NCBI GenBank assembly: GCA_965285935.1
Contig: OZ260665.1
Span: 21,390,001-21,454,000 of the forward strand
From: Ophelia neglecta
Taxonomy: Eukaryota
DNA: 64,000 bases
Reading direction: 5' to 3'
The translations under genes were made by a program, and so were the position numbers. The notes below the pieces were generated by a model, which saw only the letters and a program-made list of their open reading frames with translations, had not been told where the DNA came from and made no database searches. Position 1 is the stretch's first letter, and the number at the start of each line of letters is the position of its first letter. Positions 14,217-28,034 of the stretch are shown here, piece after piece.

Positions 14217-15785
14217 TTTTTTCATGTGGTAAACATTACAGAAACAAAATTCGAATCAAAATCTCCCCCTGCCCTGGAAATGTCTAGATTGTCTAGTATT
14301 ATCTCACAATAGTTTCTATGTTGTTTTTCAATTTATCTAATTATTTTATAAAGCCCTAATTGGTTTTCAATGCATCTTATCACTGCAAGTTGATTCCCAA
14401 GATTTCTTTTACAAACATCCTTTAGATTTGCAATTTACTTAAGAAATGTTATTCAGTAAGCAATTACACCTACGCGTGGCTTGGACCATGGCAGTATACT
14501 TCCCACTTACAAGTCTCCTTCATGAACACATTTATTGTCATATCTTGTCATATCTAGTCATATCTTAAAACAACAGTGTTATGATGTTTAATAAAACAGG
14601 GGATTGGAAATCGGGCGAACAAAGCAAAATCACTAATAAATAATATTCCATTTCATCGTCTCGAAATCATCAGAAAAAAAATTCATCTAAACCCTGTTCT
14701 ACGTTTGAGCTCTGGATATAAATGCATAATTCCATTTAATGTTATTCAGAGATAGGTGTAACCCTGTATGTTTATATAGCACACTCACCTATCCGTTGCC
14801 ACACCATAACTCCTCCGTAAAAACTTGTTAGAAAGCCTTCAGGAGGTGACACTAACCATCAGTCAGTAGCCTCGAAATTGAGGAACGGCAAATATCATGA
14901 AATTCAATATGTTGTTTCTACAAACTCCACATCCTTGTCTTTCATGTCCGGCAGATGCAAGACGCGTGTATAGCAAGCCACTGTTTGTTCCAAAGGAAAT
15001 GGTCACCACTATGTCTGTACACCCGCCCCGTGACTGTAATGTCAAGGGAAAATATTTATTTCAAATATTATGTATATTTGCAATATGCAGTGAACATTTG
15101 TATTAAGGTTATATGAGTACATTTAATTATTTGTCTTCTTGCACCCTTGTGCTATTATAACACTTACACAATTTCATTTAGCTGTGTTTCACAACATGCG
15201 ATATTTCAAGCCTCTACTTTCACCGACAGTCAGATCACATACAGGGAAATGATGATATTCCCGGCAGATAAATCAGTCGTTGGCAACCATGCATGTGTCA
15301 ATTTAAGCTGTCCAAATCGATTAGAGTAGAGGGAATTCTATTTGCTATACATCGAGGAGGGGAAAACGCCTGTGAGGCAAGGGATTGTTGCGGGGATTTT
15401 TGATTTATCGTTGCCTTTTATTCCCAAATACATGATTGATGAATACAACAGATGTTTTAGGGAAGCGGCCTATTTCCGCGCCAGGTAAACAGTTTTGTTT
15501 TGGGTTGCCAAAACGAAATCCTATGACCTTCCCCGACCACATCCACCATCCGCCATGAACATGAAACGGCAACATCCAATCTCTAAGAACCTGCGCAGGC
15601 ATCTTGTTTTAAGGGCAATGCCCAGGGCCGGAGTGTTCGGTAAATGCATCTACGCGTAAAATAATCCAATCTTATAACACCAATGGCATTTTCATTTATT
15701 TTAAAGTCAAATTTATTGATATTGGTACACTAAAGGAAAAGGGGCATTGTCCATGATTTATTAAACTACAGTCAATAATCCTCAG

Positions 15786-16013
15786 GGTCCAATTTCTCAG
15801 CAGTCTTAATTTTGGGATAAAATTAGCATATTACCCATTAGTTTACACCACTCAAATCGGTTTCCATTGGCAAGGACTAAGTAAGACCAAAATGGCTAGG
15901 TTTAAGCCCGAATCCAGCCTCCAGAAACCCGATTAGCAAGTTGAGACTGATTACGCACATTAATCCCTATTTAAATCCGATTAAGACTTACGACCGCTTC
16001 CCGAAACCGGGCC
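15786..16013 (+). mobile_element. PIF/Harbinger-like MITE, copy 1
   Basis: CAG|GGTCCAATTTC...GAAACCGGGCC|CTG. Imperfect TIRs with CWG flanks. Internal TAAGACCAAAATGGCTAGGTTTAA nearly matches the 35051 copy. Confidence 0.75.
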
Positions 16014-17854
16014 CTGTAGCTTCATGTGGAATGTAAGGGATAGTTAGACTGTCTTAGGTCATAGTTTATCTCCGCCCTACATTGACTAACGATTCGTTTG
16101 TTTTGTACTCTGATTAGAATCTTGGGGAACTGAAGACTAACTATCATTGCAACTGACATCATATTTTATCAGTGGTATTATTAATTTCATTAGAAACGTG
16201 TTTACTCTGTGATGGATGTTTGAGGGCTTGCGGTTGACGGTTTCTAATGGTTTAAGACCGATATAACGGACCGTTTCTATTTTCCTCTTCTGTCGGGTCG
16301 CCACTTCTATTGTTTCACCACTGTGTATTCGCTTAACACAGGACATTGACAGTAGAATCTAAACAGATACTGGTGTTTGCGTAGCAGAATTTCATTAATA
16401 ATAATGTTTCACCTTGGATAAAGAAAGAACTTGGAGGAATTATCAACTAAGAAAAATATACAATGGTCTCCGAGATTTATCATCCAAGATTCTTCATAAA
16501 GTGAGCGGCCTTTTGCATAATGCGGATTAACTTAAGTCTATCGAGTTGTCAAGCCATTTTCAATCTTGCAAATATGTCCCTGGGCAAAATAGCAAATTGC
16601 AGCTGTCGATATTAAGTGTTCCGGGGAGGGGGGGTGGAGGAGGCGGGCGAATTAGTGAGAAAAACATGGCATGCCGCTTAATCGGTCACCTGCACTATTT
16701 CGCCATTGCTGAGAGACTTTTAAGTGTGTTTACAAATAATGTCAACTGTGTTTATTCTAATCTTATTGATACACTGGCATTGCCAGGATGCCTCCGGTAG
16801 CTTCAGGTACTCAAGTTGTAAAGAGGTAATTCTTTTCATGTGGCTACAACCACTTAACACTTGCCGGACACAACATTTGTGGTAGGACGCTTTTGACACG
16901 TCACCATTTCTTCTTGCCTCCATGTTTCATGTTTTAAAGACAATTATTTGTGTTTTTTAGTATCCAAACTGTACTTAGGTTTTAATATCCCCTCACATAA
17001 CTCTGCAAAGACATAGATCTGCAGCCCAATTGCGGTTCAATCATCGGAAATTTTAAAACAGTCCCGGTGAGCATTGCATCTGTTATACACTTCGTTGCAA
17101 CAGATTCTCTGCAAGGAACAATTAATATATTCACGGAATCACAATTTCCATCAGAGGCGTCCGCAGAAAAACTTGCTCATTACTCCTCCCTCCCTTGTTC
17201 ATGCCTTGATCATAGCATTGGCCCTTTCAGGTCAGTAATGAATGAAGGGAATGTAGGAACATAAAACATACGGCGGCATCGTCAGTGAGATGGTCAGGGA
17301 CGGAAGTACATATTCAGAACCTACCCCTGACTCTAACCTAAGAAACAAGTCCCCCTTCACCACGGTAATAAAAAATTGACCAGAATACACAAAACCTTCC
17401 TAACACTTCACTTTAAATAGGACTGGACAAAACAGAACCATCCATCAATAATATTCCATTAAGTTGGTCCGTACTAAACAGCATTCGTCAGCTGTTAAAC
17501 AGCAACAGCCGATTCATCCTTCCTCTTCATGATTAGTAATAACCTTTGTCATGCCTTCTAAACTATGCTTTGTAACGTACCTGCGTAATTGCTCTTATGT
17601 GTCACAACATTCTTGATGAAACTAATTCATGTCTATAACTGGAAATGGAGAATCTAATGATTTTTCGTTTTAAAACCAAAAGTATTCGCCTTAGATCCCT
17701 TGACCTATAAACTCTGCGATGCAATCCTCTTAACAAGTCAAGAAATTGATGTGCATTGGCAGGCTTAATTATTTCCGGCAATTTTAACTAAGGCTACTGT
17801 CCGGGTCATGGTTTTTATGGTCAATACATAAAAGAATATTTTGCACTGCAAATA

Positions 17855-18033
17855 CAGTTAAACCTGTGAATTAAGACCGTCCAAGGGACTGGAAAACACT
17901 GGTCTGATTATGTAGGTGGTCTGTTTAGACAGGTTAGTTTACATTGAAAGTGTGCAATATGATCTTCAAATAAGTGGTCTGAATTACCAGGTGGTCTGAA
18001 TATAGAGGTGGTCTTTAAAACAGTTTTTTACTG
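17855..18033 (+). mobile_element. Tc1/mariner-like MITE, copy 1
   Basis: TA|CAGTTAAACCTG...CAGTTTTTTACTG|TA with repeated internal GGTGGTCT motifs. Aligns end to end with 26820-26997. Confidence 0.85.
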
Positions 18034-21000
18034 TACACTGTACATCTAATCTCGTTTAGTTTGACAGCAATACGCAGGTAAATGTCATCAAATCATGTAT
18101 TAAAGGTATGGTAACTACAAAACATGCAACCAACTTAAGTTTTTTTATATATTCGGAGATATGTAAAAGCGGAAAACGTCCCATCTGGATCACAAAAAAA
18201 CGTCTTAGTGGGTGCTGACTTTTCCTAATTATTCCATATAGAAATGTGCAATACACCTGTTGTATACTACTTGTGCACTATCGCAATGCTTTTGTTTGGA
18301 AAGTTTTATCTCGGGGAAAACTTCTTAACTATACCATCTAAAAACCTCATGCTAACATCTGAACACCTGGTCAATCCACTGCCCTACGAGTTCCCTTGAA
18401 TTTGACGAGATAGGGTAAGGCTACCTTTTAAGGGTGTAGACGGAGAAAAATGCTCTGTTTAAATGATAACAACGATCAATATCCGTTTTGTTTTCCCTTT
18501 CTTTGCAATTGGATGCATAGTATATGCATAGCATATGGTTAAACACATCAAGCACTGCTCTTTCTTTGACTTTTCCACACAAAAAATAGTTGTTCAACAT
18601 AAAAGCATGACAAAATCAGAGGTGGATACCTGCATCCACAGGCCACCACACACCAGTAAACCAGTACGCAACTCACCAACAGCAAACAAACATGAAGCAA
18701 AATAACATATTCCATACAAAATTTGATATTGCTTGCAATAAGAAGTACTCAACACCTTTTCAGAATGAGAGTCGGATCACAAAACAAACGAGTTAAAGTA
18801 GGACAAAGATAAACATACCCCAACAGAGGCTATGATGATGTAAGTTTTTCATACTACTTGAGTAAGGGTCGCAAGGAACTGATAAGATCTTACAAATGAA
18901 TGTTCAGGAACGTTCCTACTAAAACAACATTATAGACGATGCTACATGCTTGCAGACAAACTGGTGCATGTCTGATCGTGGTGTGAGGATTTCTTCATTA
19001 TCGTCGGATTGGACCACTGAATGGGAACGTTGATTTCTTTACGTCATGGACAGACATAACAAGTAACCCGCAAGTACGTCGACCAGCTCATTCTTTCCTA
19101 AAGCTGGTGTGAAAATAAGGAAGTAATGTTTGTAAAGGGCAGTGTACAAATGTCCGATTAAGTACGTATAATACTAAAAAAAAAACGTCTATTCCATCGG
19201 TATCATTATTCCATTCGGGCAGATTCAAAAACATAAATCACATGATTCGGCTTGTGTCATTAGTAAAATATGCCGCTTTATTAGCCAGCAGTGCGGTATT
19301 AGTATGTGGTGCTATGAGGATACAAACGCTGCTTATTTACAAACTTGAAAGATCGACTTTTTTGATATGCTGTCATTACAAATCTGATTGCTTTTATGTG
19401 GGTGAAAATAATGTATTCTGGCATAAAGGATATGTATTTTCGATTAACAAAAATAGCAAATGTATATGGATGTTTGGTTGGTTTGTTCTGAATATTCATA
19501 AAAGATTCGAAGATTTATTTGGAGGAAACTCAATCATGTCTAAAATCAAACACAAGGAAAATCTTAATCCTCCTTCCAATATTCATCCTATTAATCTTTA
19601 GACAATGTCGATGTTGGTCAATAATTGGATTCGGATAATCCACAGATTTCATCATCCATTAATTACAACATCAGAGCATATCGATGAGCATTGCTCTTGC
19701 TGTATAACTGCAGTATGCTACAAATAGAATGACAAACTGAATTAAAATCCTTTAGCGTACAAAGCCTTACTGACCACAATGACACGTCAGGGCAAACCAT
19801 GCATTATCTGATAACAAATAGAAATGATTGCGCCTTAAGCATAAAGTTAATTCGATTTTGCGGGTGATTACCACTAATAGACTAGCAACCTTTAGTTGCG
19901 ACCTATGTGAACGATTGTGGAAAACATGGTTGATGGTCGCCATTACATACTCTCTAGATAAATAAATGATCATATCATGGTTATATTAGACTAAATATCA
20001 GCAGTACAAAGCAAGCCTGCAAGAACTTGGAAATTGAAAGAAGGAAACCTAGCAAGACAGGAGAACGTTTCATGCACATTATTGTCCTAGTGCTTTCGGA
20101 CCTATTTAATGACCATTCTGGATTAAAGACGTTTCTTTGGCTGCTGGATATCTACGTCCCTTCACTAATATTCCTAAAATCGTGGACACTACTTATAAAA
20201 AATTAAGTTTCTACTTCAAAAACCTTTGCTATGTACAACTTACTGTTGCTGTTAAACTAGTTCTGAATAACCTGACAAATATGGATTTAATACAATTGAA
20301 AAAGTGCAATTGAGTACACTACTTCTACTGTTATTGCAAACTAATCATAACAATACATTTTTCATCCTTGTACTATGAGAAATGAAAGGAACGCTGATTA
20401 AACGAGAAGTTGGTTGCTATGGTAACGAGAGGTCATTTTTTCCCATGCGAGTTATCTTTTGTGGATAGAATGGAATAACTAATCTTCCGGATTCTGAACT
20501 TCTATTAAAATGACCAAACACAAAATACATATTACTTATCAACAATCAACAATTTCCTTGGTTGATAAACAATTACGCCTACAACCGTTAGGGCGACGAA
20601 TTTGTCATTTGATAAGCCTATGTGAATTCGACAATTTTCGAAGCTTCGGATAGGATGCATTACCACGTCCTACTATATCATGCACATAATTTTTCTTATA
20701 ATGAAACACGGACGACCAAGATTTACAAATCAGCCCACTTTTAGCACTCCTTTGGTGGCAAATCGTAGACACCCGAATTACTTTGTTTTGTATTTTGAAT
20801 ATTTGTTGTGCTTGTCCCGCCGAGATAAGATTAGCCATTTGACAAATCGTCCGGGTTAACTCGGCATGAGAACAATCCAATGACATTCACAGTAAAACAA
20901 AACAATAAAATATGGGATTATCATCCTTCGGTCAACTCATACCAGAGCGGTTTTATACAGGAAAACGAACAATTGTTTCACAAGGAATTCTAGAACGCCG

Positions 21001-24000
21001 ATCTGTCATGCGTGGTAAGTATCCGCTTTCTGATCTGCTTTGATTCAGAGATATCCGCGAAATAGTTTGCCATGTTTCATAAAGTTATCTGCTGCTGATA
21101 TGACTAAAAACCTAAGGCTATCTTCGCCTGATTTATTTTAATTATAGACGAGTGTCAAGTGTTCATAACGATGTGCATTTCCTAGTTGATATGCGGCTTG
21201 ACAGTAATGTATTCTATATATTTGTACAGATATCAGACCATTCTGTCAGCATATGCTTCATTTAAATGTTGGGATTCCATTAGGCGTGGAGGTAAAAATT
21301 ATTGCATTTTTTCGTTGCTAAATTAAGGTTCCCAAACCCATTAGGACCATACCTTATTATTCTTGTTGTAAAGATTTATTTTGGCGCTGCATAATTCCTA
21401 TCCATTACGCTCTTTTCTTGAGATGCCCCAGGTGTCGAAGAATGTAAAAGGCGTTGCATGTATGTGTCACCAATTCAAACGTGGTCAAACCAATACGTAA
21501 TGAAAAATAGCTAACTAGATTTATATATCTTTTCTTGTCAATAACCTATTTTAGCTGGTCTGACACATTCTGGCATCCTAAGCGTGAGGGCATGGCGAAC
21601 ATTACAAACCTAGTCTATCACTTGAGTTACCTTACTTATCAACAATCCAACACCTGGCTAACATTACTTTACAATCATAGCTACCTCGCTTGAACTAAAC
21701 CTATATTCTAAAAACCGAACCTTCTGCGAGGGTCTATGTGAAGACACAAACATTCCCAGCGGATGAGATGTGTAAACAGGCGTAAGGCAGTTAACCTTTA
21801 ACTGGGCTTTATCATCAATTTCCACTCAGGCAGTCATTTCAATCAGCACCTCATGCCCGGTTTTGCTAGAAACTATTCACGTATATCTTCACCGTTGATC
21901 AGCCGTCGGATGTAAGACTAAACACACAAGAATCTCCAAACTGTAGATTAGTCTATTACCTATACTACTCTTGGGGAATTATCATTCCATAAGCACACAC
22001 ATGCTATGAAATTATAGCCTGCCTTACTTTGATGCTTCTGTGGGTTGGCTGTTTTATTTTTGTTAAATCCCAGAGTGTTCACAAAATATCCTTGTTTCAG
22101 TTTCATAATTAGAGAGTAAAACCGGGAATACGGAGTGTACTTTCTTTTAAAGGCCACATGCACATTGCCGTCACAAAACAATGGGGTTGTAAATACTACA
22201 AATAGCTTATTTGCAGGTACACGCATAGACAGAGTTAAATCCAAAAAAGAAAGGAGGTCTTTTGAGGTTCCAGGGACGTAATTAAAATCTCTTACATGTT
22301 AAATCGCGTGCCTAGCTGGTCGTTTATCAACTATTCACGATATTGCTCGGGCTTAGCTGCTGTGTTTCACTGAAAGACAGCAGTTAAGGCAACAACATAT
22401 CAAAAATTTGTTTCTACGTGAGCTTGAAGAAATGATCATTTTTTCACCTCTTTACGTCCATATAGGTGCCGGGCTCCAAAATTGTCCTGCGCAAAAAGTG
22501 CCACCATTGCGGCAGGAATACCAATATGCGTCTATGAAATATTCCTAAATAATAAGCCATTATGTCTATTTTATGAATAATCCATAGCCCAGCATGCTAT
22601 ACAGCGCGTCTAGCTTTTTTGGCCAAACACAGGCCAGATAAGCAGATATTTTTATCGGTCCTGAAAGCTCTAGAACACCCCAACAAGGGGCGCCACTGCA
22701 TGGGAAAGTCCTACTACGTTACTGCAACCTTGACGAGAGATAGTAACTGTGTTCCTAAATATTGATGACTTTTTGTACTGACTAGGATTACGTCATTATC
22801 AACCTCGAATTTAAAAGGCGATAATAGGATGTTTGTGAGGCTATATCATCTCCTGTATACGACGACTCCCCTATCTTATTGCACTCGGCCCGCTTATTTG
22901 CGGCAGCAAAAGAACATTATAAACCGGAATGCATTTAGCGTAAAAGGAAGTGCAGATCAGACAAAAGTGGATACTACGCCCTATTCTTCTACATGCTCAA
23001 AATTAAAATAAAATTACCTTAGCTGAAAACGATTACAGGATAGCATCATTGTTTTCGCTTTCGTTTGATCAGGTCAATGAAATCATATAAGAATATTGGG
23101 AAGGTGCCTTAAGCAATTGCTTGGCATTGTCATGCTTCTCAACCAAGATTTGAATATAATAACCTTGAATAGATACACGGCAGAAAAATTGTAAATCGGG
23201 TACGAGAAACTTTCAATTAAACTGATCCGCAATCATCATCATATGTTAGCTAAAGGCCTCAAAACATCAGTCTTACAGATTTCTTAGAAGCACGCCTAAT
23301 GTTAGCCGACCCATTCACTACTGGTGTAACGATTCATTATCGTGCATTGCTAAACAAGACTTGCTAAACAAGATGCATATATCTCCCTCAATATGTCAGC
23401 AACCCTTACTTACCATTGCCTCTAACTACGTGGGAAGCCCACTAAAAGTATTGATTCCCATGTTATACGATCCCAAATAGAACGTCTATCAAGATACAGA
23501 GGGGGTAGTCCTTTTGGTTTTGTGAAACAAGCGAGGATATAATTCACATTCTTTTAACGCCCACAAGTTTTGTTTTGTTTTCCAATTGATAAAATAATTA
23601 CTCCTAACATAAAACGACCATTACGTAAGATCAAAAAACAGAACGTAAATTATCATGCTGATAGTACAAGAACTGGTGAACCAGAGGTAAATTCAACGGT
23701 AGAGTTAGGTGAACTATTGATTTTACTGACGCTTCTTTTCCCTAATGGTAAAAACAAGGTTATTAGGCGAGGACAAATTAAATTTATTTTAACCTGATTG
23801 ATGGAAAACTAATCTATCTGGTCAAGTCAAAAGGTAATACAATATATCCTGACCTTTGCAAGTAATCAACAAAAAGGTAGCGTATGTTCCTACACAGTTA
23901 CCAATCAAATTAGCCTAACTTACATCCAATGGTCTCTATTCCAAAAATCAGGTATCCACCAAAGACCTCCAAACGGATAAGTTGTCCTTAATTTTAGAAA

Positions 24001-25202
24001 TCTGAAAAATTCTTTGCATATAATAAATGCAAAAATAGTATTGCAAATCAACCACGGCATCGCGGAAAAGGACTAGTATAAAGACTTGTGCTTCAGAAGA
24101 TTTTGTTTTTGTCTATTTCATCTATGCCTGACACGCATTGCTACGGCACTCGGATATCACAGAGCCAAGTCGTAGCCAATCATGTACGGTAAGCAAAAAG
24201 AAGAAGCTACTGATGCATAAGGCATTTTGATTTGTTGATGAGAAGGTATCACTTTTTCTCCTGCTGGTGGCGATACACAACAAGACCAGATACAACAGAC
24301 GCGTCCATCGTCTGCACGATAATATCTTGTAAAAGAATGGCTAGCATGGGCAGTTTGCTTGAGGATGCCTATCAGAACACGTGATTTGATGAATTGGCTG
24401 CTCCAGGGCATAAAAACAGCCATACATATCAAAGGATTACCAAATTTTCATTTTTTTATTAATATAATAGACAGTCTTTTTTAATCTTATATTTTTTTGG
24501 CAAAATAAGCTTGTACACATTTTCTAACAATATAATGTACATAGGATAATGTGGTATTTCACATGATCGTCTTATTTTCTGTGAAGTTCGGAGAATTGCT
24601 GTTATTTTAACCGCTCGTGACGATAAACCTTTCTTTGTCTAAGACAGAACTCTACTATGTGCATATGTTTTGTTTGCAATTGTATATTAGTGATGGCTTA
24701 ATTATGTTTGGTGGATATTAAATATCTTATATTTGTTATTTTTCTGTGTTTTTCAATTTTGATGTTGTCAATAAATGATCATATTTCACGGATAATAAAA
24801 AGCAATACCTCACATCTTTCATAATGTTTAGCAATTGCAAAATCACCTTACCCGCACGTTTATCATTTACGGCCTCAAGGAGTTAGGCCACCAGCAATAT
24901 TTTGTACTATGTTTTTCTTAGAAAACAATGTTTCAGCTTTAACCAGTCCCCAATGAGTTCTTTCATCGTGAGCAGTGCGACTGTTTATGAGCTCGTTGAT
25001 AATATTTAGTCATATACATGACTGTCAAGACGTACAAATATCTCTCTAGCTAGTAATTGTGTTTATCACCATCCTGCCCCGTATTGCGCTGTGTTTTGAC
25101 ACTTTTCTCACAGATATTTGCTTCGCGATCTACGTAGGCGTGCAAAATGGCATTTGGGTAAAACATTATTAGTCTAGTTTCCTAAATAAATAAACAAAAG
25201 GT

Positions 25203-25295
25203 TGCCCGGCTGACAAAACCAAATCATAAATCTTAAAAAGTCTAGTAATCGACATCAGAGGCTCACACTTAAACACTTTAATCTCCAGCTACCAA
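25203..25295 (-). repeat. Family X, copy 4
   Basis: Reverse complement reads AGCTGGAGATT..AGTGTGAGCCTCTG..GACTTTTT..TTTTGTCAGCCGGGCA. Confidence 0.65.
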
Positions 25296-25778
25296 GCAGT
25301 AAATTAACTTGTAATGAGATAAATAAAAATCTTCATATCACTTGCAATAAGAAGAAGTCATTGTTTTCCATGATGCGGGTGCCCTATGAAGGTCTATGAA
25401 GGTCTAGACTCTCATAATTTTGAGATAAATGTTGAAATTGTCTCAATAGGGGGTCTCTGTACACGGCGCTATGAGAGCAGTATGGCTGGCCCTTCCGATC
25501 ACCGGGAGTGGTTTGCGACAGGGGCCAGTGTCAGGGTTTGCTATTCCTCTTCTACAGCGCAGAGAGCGCAGCGCCGGATAAAGATACCTTACGCATCTAG
25601 ACAAATGTGTTTTTCCTTGATCAATTCCCGGGGTATCTGTCTTAGAACAACAGGGAGTATTGCACTTGTAAGACCATCGTTCCAGTAATCACTGATTATA
25701 AACCATTCTTGTGATTTCAACACGATCGATCACTCGTTGGTTGTCATTTAGTCGCCGGGAGAATAATCGGTTAGTATC

Positions 25779-25899
25779 TGGGAGCTGGGTATGTTTGTGG
25801 GCCTACAGCTGAAGGTTAACGTTTCTGGTGATTCCGCATATACTTAATGGAATATTATTATCTATTGCTGATGTTGTTTTATCTGTCGGGTGTCTACTT
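25779..25899 (+). repeat. Family X, copy 5
   Basis: GGAGCTGGGTAT..GTGGGCCTACAGCTG..TTAATGGAATATT..TTTATCTGTCGGGTGTCTAC. Confidence 0.6.
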
Positions 25900-26505
25900 C
25901 CGAAAGAACCGATAACAGATATAAGACAGGGGATATGTGTGATGGTGGTCGTATTCGAGGGTGCTGGCAGAAGGGATGATTTAAAATATATTGGAATCGA
26001 AAGCACTTCGTGCTTGCGGCTTCCAATTTTCAGGAATAAACCCCAATTTCACCTCCCGTAACCGCCCTTGTAAGTCAAATACAAGCCCTCTGTGGGAAAG
26101 GAACTAATTTCTCGTTTATCTCAACGTCAGTGTTGTACGCCCATAAGCCATCTTATATCTAACTTATGAGGTAATAATGCTCTGCTTGTATTTAATATGA
26201 AATCTGAGTAACACAGGTTCAACCGGGAGCATGACTTGATATTCTTGTAATAGGGATGATATATTGCTGACTATATAAAGAACGTCTATCCATAAAAGTG
26301 ACAAGTCTTGTTTGAAAAGGCCCTACATTATACGGTAACACGTTCACGTAAATCTGTATTGATTACTAATTAATATTCACAAACAAAACCGGATACAGCA
26401 TATATCTCCCAAATGTCGCCTAATATCCGCCTAGAACCCACTTGGCAGCTTTTCGGAACACCACCTGCTATTACAAATTTGGCATAAATGAATGTCGGAC
26501 TCCTG

Positions 26506-26733
26506 GGCCCGGTTTCTGGAAGTCTTAACTCCTATTAAAATCAGAATATAAGTGCGCAATCTGTCTCATTTTGCTAATCGTGGTTTATATAAGCTCAATT
26601 AATTTTTAAGGCTAACAATGATTGATCCTGAGCTTAATCCTTGTCAATGGAAGGACCGATTATTGCGATGACTGCTAATCGGTAATAGACTTATCTTAAC
26701 TCAAAACTTAAGACCGGGTCCAGGAACCGGCCC
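26506..26733 (-). mobile_element. PIF/Harbinger-like MITE, copy 2 (opposite orientation)
   Basis: CTG|GGCCCGGTTTC...GGAACCGGCCC. Internal CCTTGTCAATGGAAGGACCGAT approximates the reverse complement of the copy-1 interior. Confidence 0.75.
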
Positions 26734-26819
26734 CGCTATGCCATTCGATCTCGGTAATGGGAAGCCACTCAAAGGTCCAATTACCGCACCTGCTACGCGA
26801 AAAGATATGAAAGCATATA

Positions 26820-26997
26820 CAGTGAAACCTGTAAATAAAGACCACCTAATGGACTGAAAAATACTGGTCTGATTTCAGAGGTGGTCTGTTTAGACAGGTT
26901 ATTTAACATGGAACATATACATCATGGTCCTAATATAAGTGGTCTGAATTGGCAGGTGGTCTGATTATAAAGGTGGTCTTTAAGGCAGGTTTCACTG
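26820..26997 (+). mobile_element. Tc1/mariner-like MITE, copy 2
   Basis: TA|CAGTGAAACCTG...TAAAGACCACC ... GGTGGTCTTTA...CAGGTTTCACTG|TA. Near-perfect TIRs and a TA target duplication. Confidence 0.9.
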
Positions 26998-27804
26998 TAC
27001 ACGTACTGCGGACACAAGAGGCCAATAAGCTGGCAGTATACTTTGTTCATTATCAATTCCGACCAAGTCACTCGCTCTCTACACCTCATTGTACGCTCGC
27101 GCTTTATTCGACGGCTCGAAGGTCTTTGATCACCCCTGTGCAGTTGGCAACTTTCCGAACGTATATGGTGGAAAAGAAATTCATGTCGGTAAATGAACAC
27201 AGTATTAGTATAAACCAGAGCCAACTCTCCCTCGACCTGCCTGGTAGTATAATAATATATATATACATATAGTCAACACGGAATGTCCAATATACATTGA
27301 CAAAAATCCACGCCTTTTTGGGTATCCTGACTGTCTTAGATAAGACATCAAGGCACCCGATTGACCAGTCTGCGATCAGAGAAACCATTTGTCCTTCAAA
27401 TTATCCTGTCTATCAATATATATTTAAGTCGGATGTTGCAACTACAAAATAATTGTACCTCATTTATGTTTGCTAATTCAAAATTTGTCTTTATAGTTAA
27501 TTGTCCATTGTTGTTCTTTCCAACATTTATTTAAATGGTCATTCATTAAGAATTGCATTAAGTTTTCGGTTCGTAGTGTAAAATCGATGATTGTGCGTAC
27601 ATAATAAAGACGGATGACTGTTCTTTGATCACGATTACTGCGCATGTTTATTTAATACACAATTCTTATACCGTCTTATAGCAGTAAATGAGAGATAGCT
27701 TGACCTAAGACGCTAGTGCATCATCGACGTGTTCATTTTGTCGATGATAAGGTTGACAAGGAGTATCGAGAATGTACTATGCCGTGAAAATAGCCATAAC
27801 TCAC

Positions 27805-28034
27805 CTTTGCTTCAATCGTCGACCTTACCCGTTATCACGTTATTTTGTTGAAGGCCGGCGTATGAATAGAGCACATTCGTTATTCCTTCGGAATTCCTTC
27901 GAAAATGAGATTGCCTCTTCTTGAGCTCATGAATTATTATCAATGATCCGAGTGGCTTTCTTTACAATGGTTGTTTTGACTGTCGCTGCTGGGTCTTACA
28001 ATATCGCTGTGTCGGATGCTCCGGCCTGAATTAT
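27805..28034 (-). other. Candidate non-coding (5'UTR or lncRNA) exon
   Basis: Acceptor TTTGTTTTTGTATTCCAG, and donors CGG|GTAAGG (exon end 27829) and AAG|GTGAGT (exon end 27805). All three frames contain stops. Confidence 0.35.

Noticed and set aside
14650-14673. Hammerhead-like CTGATGA...GAAA on the minus strand
   Set aside because: Stem II lacks the closing pair and no stems I/III were found. Similar cores at ~49868 and ~62341 lack GAAA.
25658-25669. miR-92-like TATTGCACTTGT
   Set aside because: The 3' half diverges and the surrounding stem is too weak for a pre-miRNA.
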